A DNA stretch of 64,000 nt, taken from positions 310,001 through 374,000 of the forward strand of contig BROI01000020.1 in assembly GCA_027923505.1 (NCBI GenBank), read 5' to 3'. Each line of letters opens with the position of its first letter. Position 1 is the first letter of the stretch. Source of the DNA: Mayamaea pseudoterrestris (Eukaryota). Shown in pieces: positions 1 to 11,137 of this stretch. A program made the position numbers and the translations under genes. The notes under the pieces are model-generated. The model made no database searches. It was not told where the DNA came from and saw nothing but the letters and a program-made list of their open reading frames with translations.

Positions 1-201
1 CCATATGAACTGATTATAAAACTACATTTAGTAACGCTATGTCTCTTGTACGTGTATTATTGTTTGTCCCGCATTGCAATTCTACATTGACACGCAGATA
101 GTCTAATCTACGTTGACACACAGTCAGTTCTATAATGATTGAGTCTCTAAAACAACGATTATGTACACTTTCTATGGGAAGGTCAAACCACATCAACTTC
201 G

Positions 202-1833
202 CTAGTACTCCATGTAGTATTGATTTTCGACAAGTACCCTGTCCTTGGAAACGGACGGCAATGTCACATTCGAAAGCTTGATTTCGTTAAAATTGCGCTC
301 CTCATTGTATCCGGTATGTATCCAGTCCCATTCGGCATGAGTGCTGTTGAGAATGCGAAACATGCCGTAACCGTAAATGGTAGCATCACGAACAGCCACC
401 CATGGTTCCGGCTCCTCGTTTAGAAAAGGAGCCTCGCACTTGCGACCGCCGGCGCCAATCGTCACATGCATTGGTCCTGTGGGATGCGGCTCGCCATGCT
501 TGACCGTCTCGGTGCGCAAGTAGGCATGAATGTGACCCGACAAGACCATGTTGACTTGGTAGTCTACAAAGAGCGGCTCCAAATGCTCGCGTGCGGCAGC
601 AATCTGTGGATCCTTCTGATGTAGCGAAAATGTATTGTAGAGAGGTGTATGAAGGACTACCAGAAGCCACGGCGTTACCGATCGATCAACGGACTGCAGC
701 TCGCTTTCAATCCACTTGTATTGCGTAGAGTTGATGCTCATATCCGAGTAGGAGCTTATCATGATCATGCGAGCCGGACCGTACGTGTAGGCGTAGTACG
801 CATTGCCCCACTCGTAGTCAAGTGGATACGGCGGACGATCCATGTTCAGTGGACCAAGTGGACCATCGTAAATACCAAGTTCCGCCGGCTTGACGCGCGG
901 CATCCGAAACCGAGACTCATAGGCGAGAAAAATACCCGAATCATCGTCAACCTTGTCAATGTCGTGATTGCCAGGCACGATTTGCATGCCAAAGTGCTCT
1001 GCGATAGGATAGTCATCCAAAAAGTCAAAGAACGTATCCCATTGTCGCTGATCTCCATTCGAGTACGCCAAGTCACCCGCTAGAATGACAGTGTCGATTG
1101 ATTCACGAGCGCGAATCATGCCAGAAAGTGTTTCCTCCGAATGTGGAAACTGCCCCAGGTCTCCCATGAATGCAATATTCACCGATGGATGACCTGGCGG
1201 CGGGGCAGTCCTGAAGGAGCGAATCTTTTCAGGAGACGGACAGTCCCTTACTGATCCATCATACGGCGCTAAATTGCTTAGCATGCGATGCTGCTCGTGC
1301 TTCACTTCCTCCTCTCGTGATTGCTCCTCGATTCGATCAAGGGCCTCCTCCTTGGAGTACTGTGACATGGTCCCATTCTTGTTTGAATGCGAGCCCCGCA
1401 AGCCAAAGTCCTCTATCCGAGCATGTATTATCGGCTGATAGTAGTACCTTGTTCCAGGTTCAAGTCCACTAATCGAAACATGATGATAGTAAGGACTGTA
1501 GTAGCGCTTCCCGTAGTTTGCGCCAGTATCAACCTTGACACGATAGTGCGACGCCGGTTCCTGTTCCAGCACAACTCGATTCAGCTGCGATGGAGATGTT
1601 CCAATCAAGACTCCACCAATCGGAGCATCAAACTTAGATGGAATGGAAGCAAAGGAGACTGTCATCTCGGTTGCCGCGTCTGCTCCGACTGCCAAATGAA
1701 CATGCTTGGGCAAACCACCACATGTTCGAGGTCGAACGTCCCATGCTCGTGCCGAGTCATTTGTAGTAACGAGAGACAGCAGCAGTAGCTGTATTGGAAC
1801 TAGTCGTCCCATCGTGTTGCGAATCTTTGTCAT
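202..1833 (-). CDS. Secreted purple acid phosphatase (FN3-like N-domain + metallophosphoesterase)
   Basis: Signal peptide; all five PAP metal motifs present: GDLG, GDLAY, GNHD, VLH, GHIH; YGYG C-terminal motif. Confidence 0.93.
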   Translation of the reverse strand: MTKIRNTMGRLVPIQLLLLSLVTTNDSARAWDVRPRTCGGLPKHVHLAVGADAATEMTVSFASIPSKFDAPIGGVLIGTSPSQLNRVVLEQEPASHYRVKVDTGANYGKRYYSPYYHHVSISGLEPGTRYYYQPIIHARIEDFGLRGSHSNKNGTMSQYSKEEALDRIEEQSREEEVKHEQHRMLSNLAPYDGSVRDCPSPEKIRSFRTAPPPGHPSVNIAFMGDLGQFPHSEETLSGMIRARESIDTVILAGDLAYSNGDQRQWDTFFDFLDDYPIAEHFGMQIVPGNHDIDKVDDDSGIFLAYESRFRMPRVKPAELGIYDGPLGPLNMDRPPYPLDYEWGNAYYAYTYGPARMIMISSYSDMSINSTQYKWIESELQSVDRSVTPWLLVVLHTPLYNTFSLHQKDPQIAAAREHLEPLFVDYQVNMVLSGHIHAYLRTETVKHGEPHPTGPMHVTIGAGGRKCEAPFLNEEPEPWVAVRDATIYGYGMFRILNSTHAEWDWIHTGYNEERNFNEIKLSNVTLPSVSKDRVLVENQYYMEY

Positions 1834-2001
1834 GCTCGTTTCGCTCTATCGTATGTTGATGGTTGTAGCTCGATCGAAGAGCGACGCGGTTTGTGAGCAA
1901 GCTGCGTTGGTTTTCGTTGCGAATCTGCCGCGCCGCACCGAAACTGACGCGCGCCCTCGCGGTCGCGAGCTAGCACGAGCTACCACGAGCTAGCGTTCGC
2001 A

Positions 2002-3285
2002 ATGGAGTACGACCGCCGTAGAAACATGTACACTGGAGGCGATAGTCATTTCGAAACGGAACAAAATTTTGTCGGAGAAACGGACCAGATTCGACGTCGC
2101 GGTGCGACTCACCATGAGACATTTCCAGCCGGTCGCAGCGAGCCGACCACTTCCCATCATCACATCCCATCAATTCGCACCATGGCAACAATTGCTGCAA
2201 TGTTTACCATTGGTTCGAGAGTGCGAGTACCCCTCGAAGGAACCAAAGCATACCGACGAGGCATTATTGCGACAATCCAAGACGATGGTACGGCTTCCGT
2301 GCTGCTGGAGGAAGCAGCTCCACCGCCAGCGTCGTTCGTCTCTAAACCGAAACAAACTATAACCTCCATTAACGAAGAAGAGGCAGAAATGACAGTTCCC
2401 ATGAGCGATATCAAGCCACTATTTGATTTCGAGTTATATGACAAGAATTCTGATAAAGATGCGTCAGTCTCTCTTGCGCTTTGGAAGGAACGAGGTGATC
2501 GGTTGCTCAAACTTGGCGACGCCTTGGCGGCGATGGAATACTATCAAGGCGGCCTCGTCGAGTCGTCAAGCCAATTCTCAGTTGGCAGCGTCGTTATCAT
2601 CAAGCAAAAGGGCTTTACCAAGCTTGCCGAAGTTGACTGCATGGAAGATGATGGTGATTCGCTTGATGTCAGTCTCGTATTCGACGGCGCGGAGGCAACG
2701 ATTCGACTGTCACAGGTCGTGCTTGGCGTTTCATCCGCTGACAGCGATCGACTGCAGGAACGCATGCTGTTAAACTTGGCGCGGTGCTGCTTGCAGGCTG
2801 CTGACATTATTGTGTTAAAGCAACGACCTCTATACATTCGATGCGCGGTTTTCGCGTGCACGTTGGCCATGGATGTCAGCCAGTACTACGACGGTTACGA
2901 AGGCCCTGCCACGTCGACAATGACGACTGCACTAGTGTTACGAAGCAAAGCGCAAATCATGGCTTCCAAGTTTGATCACGCCAAGGCAGATTTGAAACGG
3001 CTCTTGTCTGTCGATCCTCAGCATGCCGAGGCAAACCGACTTATGCGGCAACTGGAGCGAACCATACAACAAAACAAAGTATCCGAAAAGAAGCTTGTCA
3101 AGGAGTTGTGTAAATGGGTCGATGTAGCTACAAGCCAGTCGGTGAGTGATGCAGCTGCTAGTAATGATTCAGAAGAGGTGATGATCGATGTGCCATTTAA
3201 GGCAGCAAAACGATCGACTGGCCTTCCATTGCTTGTAATACTGATCATTGCGTTTGTTGCCTTCTATATGCAGACAAAGCTGTAA
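2002..3285 (+). CDS. TPR-containing, probably tail-anchored hypothetical protein (start may be 2182 or 2200)
   Basis: TPR-like helices (WKERGDRLLKLGDALAAMEYY, LLNLARC, ALVLRSKA..AKADLKRLLSVDP); hydrophobic C-terminal segment LLVILIIAFVAFYM. Confidence 0.7.
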   Translation: MEYDRRRNMYTGGDSHFETEQNFVGETDQIRRRGATHHETFPAGRSEPTTSHHHIPSIRTMATIAAMFTIGSRVRVPLEGTKAYRRGIIATIQDDGTASVLLEEAAPPPASFVSKPKQTITSINEEEAEMTVPMSDIKPLFDFELYDKNSDKDASVSLALWKERGDRLLKLGDALAAMEYYQGGLVESSSQFSVGSVVIIKQKGFTKLAEVDCMEDDGDSLDVSLVFDGAEATIRLSQVVLGVSSADSDRLQERMLLNLARCCLQAADIIVLKQRPLYIRCAVFACTLAMDVSQYYDGYEGPATSTMTTALVLRSKAQIMASKFDHAKADLKRLLSVDPQHAEANRLMRQLERTIQQNKVSEKKLVKELCKWVDVATSQSVSDAAASNDSEEVMIDVPFKAAKRSTGLPLLVILIIAFVAFYMQTKL

Positions 3286-3336
3286 ATTGGGGTAGATGAT
3301 CTCTATTTTGTAATACCTATGTTAAAGCAAGTTTAC

Positions 3337-3783
3337 CTACTTGCCAGTTTTAACAGCACTACTCCCTTCCTCCTTGTACCGATATTCTTCCTGCACTCGA
3401 TATGGCTCCGTCAACATCCAATTTTGACGCTTCTTCAATGCTCGATCGCAGCATCGCTTGTAGTATGCAATCGAGCTGCGACATTCCGCCAATGGTTCAT
3501 CTCCGGCCTTTGGCAAGGTTGGGTCGCTTCCCACCCTGGCCAGCTGCGCCGCTCGCTCATCTCCTGGTTGCAGCTTTACATCGGGAAAGTAACTTGACTG
3601 CAAACCAGCCTTCTCCATGTCGCGAGCCTTTAGCGTAGCTTCGTTGGCAAGACAAGCAAAGAGCGTTTGTGCTTGCGTTTCGCAACCCTTGGGTTCGACT
3701 GGAAAGTACGGTGGTAGGCGAATCGGTCCAGGCGGCAATTGCGGCTCGCCAGAAAAGGCATCCATAATGCGATAAAGAACCAT
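3337..3783 (-). CDS. Small hypothetical protein with twin Cx9C motifs (CHCH-like)
   Basis: 148-aa ATG ORF with CETQAQTLFAC and CRSSIAYYKRC. Confidence 0.6.
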   Translation of the reverse strand: MVLYRIMDAFSGEPQLPPGPIRLPPYFPVEPKGCETQAQTLFACLANEATLKARDMEKAGLQSSYFPDVKLQPGDERAAQLARVGSDPTLPKAGDEPLAECRSSIAYYKRCCDRALKKRQNWMLTEPYRVQEEYRYKEEGSSAVKTGK

Positions 3784-3866
3784 TGTAATAGAGAAGAAAT
3801 GAATTTTATGAGTTGTGAAGTAGCTGTGATTGCGACTATGAATCGAGAGACCGATCGCGCGCGACG

Positions 3867-4511
3867 ATGCGTTGTTCGCCTGCCAAAACCGCTGCGACTA
3901 CAGCTAGTGCCCGGATGACGTCAGACACAAAAAGCTGCTCGATTGATGATTGCTCGTCCTCATTTTTTCAAGGCGAAGACATTGTCCGGCGCCGTCCAGT
4001 TCTACACATCCCACAAAACAAGGTCACAAGCATGTTCATTACGCAAGCAACAATCAACAGCGAGTGTGAAGAAGACAACAGCTGCGATGCGCTCGACTTG
4101 CTGATGGATCCACTCAAGCTTCGCCAAGTCTTGTCGGTTCATGACTTTCTCGCCGAGGACGATGCGAGCTACGAGCAACTTTTGGAAAGTCCCTTGTCCA
4201 TGCAGTCAAGTTCCTCATACTCGTGGAGCAGCTACGGCGATGCAAACTATTTCAATCCATTTCCAGCGCTGTCAACGCGAAGCATTGTTCCAAGCAGCCC
4301 GCCGGATTCGTCGTCTCCCGAGTCAGCTCCATTCACCGATTCACTTGTATTCGGTCCGATTGCTCCCGAGCGAGTCTGCTTTGCATGCAAAAAGACCAAG
4401 CCTATCTTCATGTATTGCAAGAGTCAGTTTCGTCGAAAGGGATCAAAGGCGCGGTGCAAGTGCTGCGTTGACCAGAGTCGCAATGACGAGACCATTCAGC
4501 ACAAGAAGTAG
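3867..4511 (+). CDS. Hypothetical protein with C-terminal Stc1-like zinc-binding motif (start may be 4032)
   Basis: CFACKKTKPIFMYCKSQFRRKGSKARCKCC fits the CxxC-x7-(F/Y)-x-KSQ-x8-RCxxC pattern. Confidence 0.55.
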   Translation: MRCSPAKTAATTASARMTSDTKSCSIDDCSSSFFQGEDIVRRRPVLHIPQNKVTSMFITQATINSECEEDNSCDALDLLMDPLKLRQVLSVHDFLAEDDASYEQLLESPLSMQSSSSYSWSSYGDANYFNPFPALSTRSIVPSSPPDSSSPESAPFTDSLVFGPIAPERVCFACKKTKPIFMYCKSQFRRKGSKARCKCCVDQSRNDETIQHKK

Positions 4512-4663
4512 AAATAAGCATCCGTAGATACTAATTACATCATACTTAATCAATACTTATCTTCTCAACTTTGCTCTACGTACATCAAGCTGTGTAGTAA
4601 GCCATAGTCGAGTCGATGGCGCGTTACGCAAAAACTCCCGCGTGCTGAAACCAACTGAGCATA

Positions 4664-5956
4664 TCATTGTTTCGTTCGTCTAGACGCAAGGTAATTCTTG
4701 ACACAATCAGCAATGTCTTTTATTGACGGTCCCTTTTTCTCCACTCGACTGGCTGCAAAGCTCCCGGCAAGCTCAAAGCCTTGACCGTCCGAATCAATAA
4801 AAATCTCCCAGTCCGCGGGATATCGCCGCATGACGACAATCTTTGGCGAAAAAGCGTCGTCATCTCCGCCTTGCATTGGCACTGCAACCAATGGCTGCAC
4901 GCTGTATAGAGTTTGCGCGGAAAGAAGCTCTCGAGGTGTAGGTTGCAAGTGGCAGTTTATTAGAATGAACGTTTTTGTAGCTCCGTAGTGCGCCACCAAG
5001 CTTCGAACGGCAATCATTTCCTCGGGACTTCTCGCAGATAAGATAATGATGGTATCCTCACTTTCAAGAGGCTTTGCGTTCTGAGCAACTGCTTGGAGCA
5101 CGTCTCTGCTCCGGTCAGCGCCAGTTGAGATTTTAGCCGAGCCAAGCATGCTGGCGAGGCGAAAGCTGGTCTGTGGAACATTTGACTCCCTTGGCTCGTC
5201 TGCCGGTTCCTTGACATTCAACAATGTAGCTTCTTCTGCGTCCTTGCGATCGCTGTCAAGCTCACTTTTCCCTTTCTCCCATCCACTCATGAGTTGCTGA
5301 CGGAACGATTCAACGTCGGAGGTAGGTGGGGGTTTAGGTTCATATACATTGCCCACAACGTCGCCTTCATCATCACTCTCATCGTCCTCATCGTCACTCT
5401 CTTCCTCGTCGCTGGCCATCTTTTGCTTCTTTTCACGCGCTGCTAGCACTCGTTGGACCGTTGCCAATGTCTGTTCGTCTCGCAGCAGAATTTCCGTGTG
5501 ACCGTTCGTTCGTTTCGCAAGCTGAATGCAAAACTCCGTCGCCAAGACCTCATCGTACATTTTCGATCCTTGCCGAATGTCATACTGGGGAAGCAAAATG
5601 TCAATAAAAAAGATGCGAGACTTGCTGCCGTTGGAAGCTGTTTCATCAGCAATGGCGTTGTTCAACGACGTGACTGCTTCGTCGGCAGCAGCGACTGGAC
5701 TTGTTGGAACTTGGCCCATTGTATTCGTATCCCAAGACGATTCCAAAAGTCTTCGCATGGCATCAATGCTGTCGCTTTCTTCGTCCGAGTAAAGTCGAAG
5801 TAGTGATGGCGTCCGATGTCGTCGTCGTTCATGGTAGTGGTGGTGCACCTTCGTCCCTCCTCGGCAAACGTTGAGTGATAAAAATGCATCGGAAAGAGAA
5901 ACGACAGAAATTGCTAACAGAGCCTGACTCCAGGACTTCATTGTAACATCACGCAA
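4664..5956 (-). CDS. Plastid-targeted hypothetical protein, DUF1995-like
   Basis: Signal peptide ending SDA-FL; C-terminal ILINC...YSVQPL...VVMRRYPADWEIF resembles DUF1995. Confidence 0.6.
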   Translation of the reverse strand: MRDVTMKSWSQALLAISVVSLSDAFLSLNVCRGGTKVHHHYHERRRHRTPSLLRLYSDEESDSIDAMRRLLESSWDTNTMGQVPTSPVAAADEAVTSLNNAIADETASNGSKSRIFFIDILLPQYDIRQGSKMYDEVLATEFCIQLAKRTNGHTEILLRDEQTLATVQRVLAAREKKQKMASDEEESDDEDDESDDEGDVVGNVYEPKPPPTSDVESFRQQLMSGWEKGKSELDSDRKDAEEATLLNVKEPADEPRESNVPQTSFRLASMLGSAKISTGADRSRDVLQAVAQNAKPLESEDTIIILSARSPEEMIAVRSLVAHYGATKTFILINCHLQPTPRELLSAQTLYSVQPLVAVPMQGGDDDAFSPKIVVMRRYPADWEIFIDSDGQGFELAGSFAASRVEKKGPSIKDIADCVKNYLASRRTKQ

Positions 5957-6176
5957 TCAGCGACCGACGGCTGAAAGAAATCTATTGTTAGCGACGCCAT
6001 CACACTTTCGTCATGGTCGCCATCGCGTCGTCGCTCGCGTGGAATTTCGCAGTCCTTTCCTGGTGCGACACCGATGCGATACTTAAGAGACTTACTCATG
6101 TTAATGCGAGGGGTAGCGACTCTCACCAACGATGCAAAAGGTCGAGAAAAAAGAAGAGTAACATGCAAAAAATAAA

Positions 6177-7745
6177 CTATGCATCAACTCTAAGAGGCTG
6201 GACTCGCTTTGCTTGATATCGATGCGTGCATTCGTCCGCTTGTTTGAGAACAGTTTCGAGCTCGGAGGACCCAGGCTTTAGACAATGGTGATGGAATATA
6301 TAGGTTCGCATGCCCTTGGCTTGCTCCTCATGTTTCCGCCGTGTTTCTGCAGAATGGCTCTCGTCCGCGAGGCGCTCTGCGTCAAAGTCATCGCGCGAAA
6401 GGCCGAGCATTCGTTCAATCTCTGCCGCCGCCTCGTGGACCCGTACACTTTTCTCCCTCGTCAAGTCTACAGAAGCAAACACAAAATGCTCATCCTTTTT
6501 GAACCACTGGACTTGCCGTCGCGAGTACTGTCTGGTTGCTGTTGTAAATTCCTCTAGAAACTGCAAAAATGCGTCGTAGTCGTTATCCTTTGCACCTTTC
6601 CGACCAAGATAGTCCAACACTTGTCGATAACCAATCGCCTTGGCCGCCATGTCGGGCAGCTGCCTCGATAGTGCAAGATTGCACGTTTCCGGTATCAGTC
6701 CGCGCACCAGCATTGACTCGCAGCGCTCGTCCACGGTTCGGCTATGCATCATGCGGTCGTGCGGACACAGAAAGAAGCAACGAACGTCGTAGTTGAGTGA
6801 CAGCAAGCCTCCGGCTCGCTCGCCACTGTAGTACTTGCTCAAATCAACCCTGCCAAGGCTGTTTTCGCCTTGTAGTTGCTCCTGCACGGTATACGCCACC
6901 TCCAAAATGCGGCGCAGTCGATACCAGTCATTGGCAAAGAGCTTTCCGACGGGCGCCTTGAGACTGGTGTGCAGCGAAGCGGCATGAGTCACGGCGCCTG
7001 TCCAATCTTGATCAGTTTCATACGTTTGAATGACTGTTTGGGCTTTGTCGAGTGCAGCTGCCGTCGGAGAAGGAGCGTCGGGCCGTCCATGCACCAGCCA
7101 CTGAATGTACATCATGGTTCCCCCGACGATGACTGGAATAATTGGCACGCTCGATTCATACTTTTTGATGGCCTTTGCTTCTTGAATCGCTTGATCAATG
7201 ATTGGTCGTCGACGGCGAGTAGCGTCCTCCAAATCAATCTCCTTAGACACATCTTGCTGCTGCAATTTTTGAATCACATACATGGCATCCTCCATCCATT
7301 CCGCGGCATTGTAGCTGTCACTCGAGTCGGCCACGTCAATCAGCAGGTGAGGCGTCTGCTGTAACTCCTCAGGCGTCGGCTTGTTGGCTCCAATTTGAAC
7401 GTGCCGATAGGCTTGGACGGAATCGGCCGACACAATGATGCCTTGCTGGCGTTGGCAAAGCAAGGCGGCAACGTCGGATTTACCGACACCTGTACTTCCA
7501 GCTATAATGACTACAAGAGGTCGATTATTTGAATCGCTGTCTCGCTGATTGGACGGCGATGGCGACGAGTGAAGTCGCGACGACGAGCAGGGTGAAGCCA
7601 TCATTCTTCGTTCGACGACAAATTTCGGTGATGCTGAAGCAGCGCTCAACGAGTGACAGCGCTTTCTTGACGTATGAATTGTCCAGCCAATCGACTTTCT
7701 TAGCCGCATGAACAATATGGCTAGTACTAGCTGACTTGGAACCAT
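6177..7745 (-). CDS. miaA: tRNA dimethylallyltransferase (IPP transferase), organellar
   Basis: IAGSTGVGKS P-loop, IVSADSVQAY, IGANKP, PHLLID, VGGTMMY, AIGYRQ, TRQYSRRQVQWF. Confidence 0.93.
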   Translation of the reverse strand: MVPSQLVLAILFMRLRKSIGWTIHTSRKRCHSLSAASASPKFVVERRMMASPCSSSRLHSSPSPSNQRDSDSNNRPLVVIIAGSTGVGKSDVAALLCQRQQGIIVSADSVQAYRHVQIGANKPTPEELQQTPHLLIDVADSSDSYNAAEWMEDAMYVIQKLQQQDVSKEIDLEDATRRRRPIIDQAIQEAKAIKKYESSVPIIPVIVGGTMMYIQWLVHGRPDAPSPTAAALDKAQTVIQTYETDQDWTGAVTHAASLHTSLKAPVGKLFANDWYRLRRILEVAYTVQEQLQGENSLGRVDLSKYYSGERAGGLLSLNYDVRCFFLCPHDRMMHSRTVDERCESMLVRGLIPETCNLALSRQLPDMAAKAIGYRQVLDYLGRKGAKDNDYDAFLQFLEEFTTATRQYSRRQVQWFKKDEHFVFASVDLTREKSVRVHEAAAEIERMLGLSRDDFDAERLADESHSAETRRKHEEQAKGMRTYIFHHHCLKPGSSELETVLKQADECTHRYQAKRVQPLRVDA

Positions 7746-7977
7746 CGAGCCATGGTCTCGACTCTCGACACTGGGCGGCGTTCCATTTCAATTTCGTCGT
7801 TTTGCGCGGTCGCCGCGACGTCGCGGTTGGGACTTGGACTTGGGTGTCGCATAGGTGATCGTTGTTCTTTTGCAACAAAGATATCGTTTGGATTTGGATC
7901 GCTCATAACATTCGCTTGGTCCGTTCTTCTTTCCATCCATCATCCTAGTCAAAATTCGTTACAACTAAACCAAGGAA

Positions 7978-8997
7978 GTGCATTGCAACGAATACCATGG
8001 AGCAGGAGCGCGGAAACCAGGTATGATTTGCGCGGCGTTTGAGCCGTTTGAGAATCGAATGATCGAATCAATTTGTTCTGCGGCCACGAACTTTTCTATT
8101 ATCTTACGATTACTGATACATATCCTATTGTCTTCTATTATAAAGACCTCCAAGTCTCCCTTGCTGTTCAAGCTCTCTCGCGACGTATTTTGTCGGCATG
8201 TTCTCAAGTTTTGCTCTCGCCAAGACGCCAAGTCATGCGTTGCGGCAAGTCTGGCGAGTAGCAAGCTTCGAGAAAACTATGATTTGCAGTCGCAATTTTG
8301 CGCTGACCATGGCACTCGTTTCGATCGCAACCTAGAATCACCATGCATTGACTGTCGGATGGAACGACAAGATCGTTTTCGGTGTGTCAAGTGTGACGAT
8401 TTTGCACACATTGATGAGCTGGAAAATGATAGGACCTGTGGAGCATGGCTCTGCGAAAATTGCGGTCCACAAATGGTGTGCTTTGACTGCCATACAACTC
8501 GTCATGGAGAGTGCAAAGAATGTGGTGGTATCGGGATTTGTGGTCAATGTGAACGGACATTTTGTTCGACCTGCCAAAAACTCGAGGCTTGTGACGGTTG
8601 CGGCTTACCCCTTTGCGACTTTGACTGCACACTTTCTCGATGTAACACCTGCACAAAATTGCAATGCGATGCGTGTCGACATGAGGAAGATTTTGTCGTT
8701 TGTGAAAGATGCGAATGGTACTATTGTTCGGATTGTGAAACGCTAGTTCCTTGTGACGGCTGCCAAACGTCCATGTGCTCTCAATGTCGTTCTGACGGTT
8801 GCTCCATATGCAATGTTTGTTCATGTGCGAGTTGCTGCCGTGTCTTCATCTGCCATAAATGCAGCGAGGTATTTTGTCTCACTTGCCGCAATACAATACA
8901 CTGTGAAGCATGCTACGAATCCTTCGTCTGCGCTGAATGCCTAAACGGGGGAATGCGTGACGGTTGCGATATTTTCTTGTGTAAAGACTGTGAATAA
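7978..8997 (+). CDS. Cys-rich CxxC-repeat protein with N-terminal F-box-like motif; true start uncertain; Cys-rich coding continues out of frame to 9314
   Basis: LLFKLSRDVFCRHVLKFC..D F-box-like segment followed by many CxxC pairs. Confidence 0.55.
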   Translation: MHCNEYHGAGARKPGMICAAFEPFENRMIESICSAATNFSIILRLLIHILLSSIIKTSKSPLLFKLSRDVFCRHVLKFCSRQDAKSCVAASLASSKLRENYDLQSQFCADHGTRFDRNLESPCIDCRMERQDRFRCVKCDDFAHIDELENDRTCGAWLCENCGPQMVCFDCHTTRHGECKECGGIGICGQCERTFCSTCQKLEACDGCGLPLCDFDCTLSRCNTCTKLQCDACRHEEDFVVCERCEWYYCSDCETLVPCDGCQTSMCSQCRSDGCSICNVCSCASCCRVFICHKCSEVFCLTCRNTIHCEACYESFVCAECLNGGMRDGCDIFLCKDCE

Positions 8998-10226
8998 TGC
9001 AAAATAGAGACTATTTCTAGTGTCAACGTGTTTCCAGTAACAAGTGCTGCAACACAATGCGCTGCAAAAGGTGCGGGCAAGTCCAATGTTCCGATGAAGA
9101 CGATGACGACTGCTGCGAGGGCCAAGTATGTGACCCTTGCAGTGTTTTTCTTTGCGAAATATGCGCCAAAAACCCGTTTCCGGAATGCTCCTCATGTGCA
9201 AAACATTTTTGTCTTGGTACACGTTGCTCGAGATGCAATGAAGCCTACTGTATGGATTGCGGGCCACGAAAGGGGGACCGTGAGGCCGACTTCGTCTGCA
9301 GTAACTGTACATGAGAAGCCCTCGTCGCGAATCGGCAATGTAATACAAGCCATTGCTGGATCGTTCATCTAAAACACATTCGCGGGGCGGGGAGGTGGTA
9401 GGATCAATGGTTTTACAATGCCTGCAACGACCTTTTGCGCGCTCCGCGCGCACAAAGATTGCCAAAAACAGCAGACGAAGTATACCAACAGATTAACTAC
9501 GGTAGCCCGGGTAGAAGATGTCGCAGAACCACCGGCCAATCATTGGAGTAGACTACACGAACGCCAAGAAGTACGGCATGTCGCACCAAGTTACACCCAT
9601 TAATGTCGTGAAGCATGTCCGGATATATCCTACCACAAAAATACTTTATAAACAAAGTAAAAGCGTCAGAGTTATAGCTGTCAATAGCTCCATCGATACG
9701 ACGGCTGACAAAGAGTCGCAACGGTGTGCATATATAAGAGTTCGAAATCCGAATCCAAACCGAACCCCTTGATCGCATATTCTCACTGTCAGTCAATATC
9801 GCCTTCTTGGGCTGTCGACGCATAAAGAAGAAAACGAGGTCTACGTATCTTTAACAATTCAAAAGAAGAGCGACGGCAACAATGACTCTGTTACATGAGC
9901 TCGCAAAGTCCGTGGGCATGGTTTCCGCCATGGGCGCCTTTCCAGTCGCTGCGGCCAATCAGTTCGAGATGGAACGTGTTTGCGCTCATGTGGACGAAGA
10001 TCCATCCATAAACAAAGGACAAAATAAAACAAACAAGGCAAGAAAGGAGCAGAAACCTGATTATAACGACGATCGACAAGAGGTAGCTGATGCAACAGAG
10101 AATGCGCACGGTTAGAAAACAGGACGAGAATCGCTGCAGCGACACTTAGACCACAGAAACTTCGTTGCAACGGTTTTCATAGTAATTTACAGTTAATCAA
10201 TCATCGATCCTTTTACATATTTAGTC

Positions 10227-10855
10227 TCATTTATACTGCTGTAGAAAGAACGTCAAACCAACAAAGGCAATAATGTTCTGCGCATCCGTCGGAATCAGCA
10301 GCATGAACTGAAGTAAAACGCCCCAAAACACTAAGCCCAATACGAGCGGCGTGTTCCATCCATAGTGCGGCCAATAGGCAAGATGAAAGCCGAGAGACGC
10401 CAGGAGAATGAGCGCAATGCCAGCGTGCGTGCACTTGGGATAGTTTTGGTAGTTGACCTTTTGCTTCAAGAAGCGGCCTTGGTAAGTTTCCATATAAGTC
10501 TTGAGAAATAAAATTGCTGTGTGAATAATAGGAATATAAACATGAGATACAATCCTTGATACAATTAGTGGATGCGAAGCCGTCCGTCATGCACATAAAT
10601 GGACTAACCAATTGTCGTCGCGAGACCAACCTTGAACCATTCATGGCTTATATGCGGACTATGAAACGTTGTCTCGTAAACATTGAATCTCTTGAACAAA
10701 AAGAAGGAACTAATGCCCAAAATAATGAGTCGCCACAAAATGTTGATTGCCGTGTCGCCGAAGCTTCGCTCAGGACCAGCACCTGTGTACGGATTAGGAA
10801 CCGGAAAACGGCCAGCCACCTCGGGATCCACTGTTCGTCTTGATGGTATCGCCAT
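10227..10855 (-). CDS. TMEM128-like membrane protein; exons 10855-10609 and 10516-10227
   Basis: Phase-1 GTTAGT..CACAG intron 10608-10517 joins TTI-A-ILFLKTYMETY in frame; several TM segments; YWPHYGWNTPL motif. Confidence 0.7.
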
Positions 10856-11137
10856 TTATCAATTGCTTTCAGTGCAGTCACGATACCAGCGAAGGAGGGA
10901 TCTGGCTTGATCATGCGATGTGCGATGTGCGATGAGCGATCATCGTCGTTGTTCGGAAGTCGGCGAGTGTCGCAGCGTTGTCGATCGATTCCGCTGCGAC
11001 ATAATGACGGATCAAAGATCGACAATCGTCAGTCGCATCCATCCATCGCAACCAACCAAGCCATCATCGCCACCATGAATCTCGTTTTCTGTCGCTAATT
11101 AGTCATCAAATACATCTTTCAACAGCATTACTTGATA

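Noticed and set aside
8981..9020. 40-bp GT-AG intron rescuing the Cys-rich gene
   Set aside because: Splicing it does not join the two Cys-rich frames, and it is much shorter than the other introns here
9400..10170. Short ORFs that could be a decayed gene
   Set aside because: No recognisable motif or consistent splice model
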